Shown: piece by piece, positions 62,495 to 64,000 of the stretch
Layout: each line of letters opens with the position of its first letter
Position numbering within the stretch: position 1 is the stretch's first letter
The notes under the pieces: model-generated
Seen by the model: the letters and a program-made list of their open reading frames with translations, nothing else
Told to the model about the DNA's origin: nothing
Database searches by the model: none
NCBI GenBank assembly: GCA_951406725.2
Contig: OX597821.1
Coordinates: 57,040,001-57,104,000, forward strand
DNA length: 64,000 nucleotides
Source: Octopus vulgaris
Lineage: Eukaryota
Direction: 5' to 3'
Program-made: the position numbers and the translations under genes

Positions 62495-62795
62495 ATTGTA
62501 TCTCGGGAGTGTTTAAAGCCTTATTACTTAACACACTCACTGGTTCGATTTCCACTCATTTATTTTTATTTGCTAGAATTTTTCTTGTTTCTTGGAACCT
62601 CTTCAGTAGTCATGAATAGAGTCAACGACTATTGAAGAGGTTGCAAGAAACAATGAAAATTTTAGAAAAGAAAAAAAAGAAGTAAATGAGTGGAAATCGG
62701 ACTGGTGAGTGTGTTAATTAATAAGGCACTAAAACAGAATGACTCTCCCCAGACACAAGAAAATATGCTTCAACACACAAACTCACATACAAAAT

Positions 62796-62800
<5 letters not shown>
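62495..62800. mobile_element. Foldback family E
   Basis: Arms are reverse complements around 62612-62626; cores CTGAAGA (62600-62606, minus) and TTGAAGA (62632-62638, plus). Confidence 0.85.
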
Positions 62801-62866
<66 letters not shown>

Positions 62867-62869
<3 letters not shown>

Positions 62870-63836
62870 GGTTCAGTGCTTGGGCCCTTGTTGTTCTTAG
62901 TCTTCATAAATGACTTGCCCGACGACCTCACGCAACACACCCTTCTATTTGCCGACGATATCAAACTGGTCGCTCCTCGCGGTAGTATAGAGGATCTTCG
63001 TCGATGCCTCCACCAAATTTGGAAGTGGTCTAACGATTGGGACCTGTGTCTGAACGTGTCAAAGTGCTGTCATCTGCCTGTCGGCTCTACTCCTGCAACT
63101 CAACTTGATTTCGAGCCAGGTCGTCTGCTGCTGGAGAGGACCGATCAGGTAAAGGACCTGGGTATCTTGGTGGATTCCTCCTTTTCGCCTTCGGCCCAGT
63201 GCGTCCATGCTGCCAACAAAGCGCGCGGAATTCTGTTTTTGATTCGACCGTCATTCGGAATGCTCACAGCAGCCATATTCCTACCACTCTATGTCACGCT
63301 GGTGAGACCCATATTGGAGTATGGGATTCAAGCCTCTTCTCCTTATCTCCTCAAAGACATACAGCATCTCGAAAGAGTCCAGAGGCTGGCTACCCGCATG
63401 GTTCATGGTCTCAAAAATTTGTCCTACGAAGAAAGGCTGAGGACGCTCGACCTTTATTCTCTTGAAAAACGCCGCCACCGTGGTGATCTCATTCTCGCCC
63501 ACAACATCATAAGCGGGAAGTGTAACCTCTCGAAAGAGCTGTTCTTCACTCCTGCTCCGGAGCGTCGGCTGCGGGGTCATTCCGAAAAGCTCTACCTGCG
63601 ACGATTTCATCTCAATCGAAGGAGAGGAGCTTTCTCCGTCTGGGTTGCGGATCCGTGGAACAAGCTGCCAGACGAGATGGTGAAGATGCCGACGACCGCT
63701 TTGTTCAAAGCCTCCCTGGACCTCAAGTGGCCTGAACTCTTTACATGAACACCACCCTGTACTTAACTCCATGTCCCCCTACATGGCCTTGCTATTTGCT
63801 TTTGAGCCAAATTAACTAACTAACTAACTAACTAAC
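62867..63836 (+). mobile_element. 5'-truncated CR1-clade LINE with open RT C-terminal ORF (to 63748) and (AACT)n tail
   Basis: QGSVLGPLLFLVFINDLPD..LLFADDIKL..YVTLVRPILEY..LERVQRLATR..LEKRRHRGDLI..WNKLP are CR1 RT and C-terminal motifs, with no stops. The upstream part of ORF 62690-63748 is read-through from a foldback arm and microsatellite. Confidence 0.95.
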
Positions 63837-63839
63837 ATA

Positions 63840-64000
63840 TACAATGGGCTTCTTTCAGTTTCTGTCTACCAAATCTAGTCACAGTGTTTTTGTTGGCCTG
63901 TGGCTATAGAAGATACATTTCCAAGGTAGTGTACAGTGAGATTGAACCCCAAACCATGTGGATGGGAAGTAAGCTTCTAACCACACAGCCACACCCGTGC
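63840..64000 (-). mobile_element. SINE family 1 head
   Basis: Reverse complement of the head region. Confidence 0.8.

Noticed and set aside
62690-62866. N-terminal 59 aa of the 352-aa ORF as a novel RT fusion protein
   Set aside because: Chance read-through from a foldback arm and microsatellite into a 5'-truncated CR1; the start is a GTG with no supporting context.

Overview
AT-rich, repeat-dominated animal genomic DNA. The repeat families (tRNA-derived SINEs with internal microsatellites, RTE-type tails ending in (GAT)n, dense CA/TA microsatellites) look like an octopus/coleoid cephalopod genome; this is inferred from recognition, not from a search. Almost all ORFs in the supplied track are translations of microsatellites or repeats. 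One host gene is supported: a 63-nt first coding exon (21794-21856, MEDSPSPQDTLSQIWMLYTAK) resembling the N-terminus of neurobeachin-like NBEAL1/2. It lies in a CpG-rich, TE-poor island and is followed by what appears to be a >42 kb first intron. The rest is SINEs, RTE and CR1 LINE fragments, mariner/maT, hAT, piggyBac-like and Merlin-like MITEs, a Helitron-like and a Gypsy relic. The most striking unexplained signal is a set of at least seven unrelated sequence families carrying a minimal type I hammerhead ribozyme motif (short stem I, CUGANGA or variant, stem II, GAAA, palindromic stem III, NUH). Five of these families occur as head-to-head foldback dimers with the ribozymes near the outer, mostly AT-rich or (AT)n-flanked ends, as expected for Penelope-like element termini. 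One family fuses a tRNA-derived Pol III head to the hammerhead, and several use the compensatory U3-A8 core. Alignments were done by eye, so repeat boundaries are approximate (about 10-20 nt) unless a TSD or TIR is quoted.
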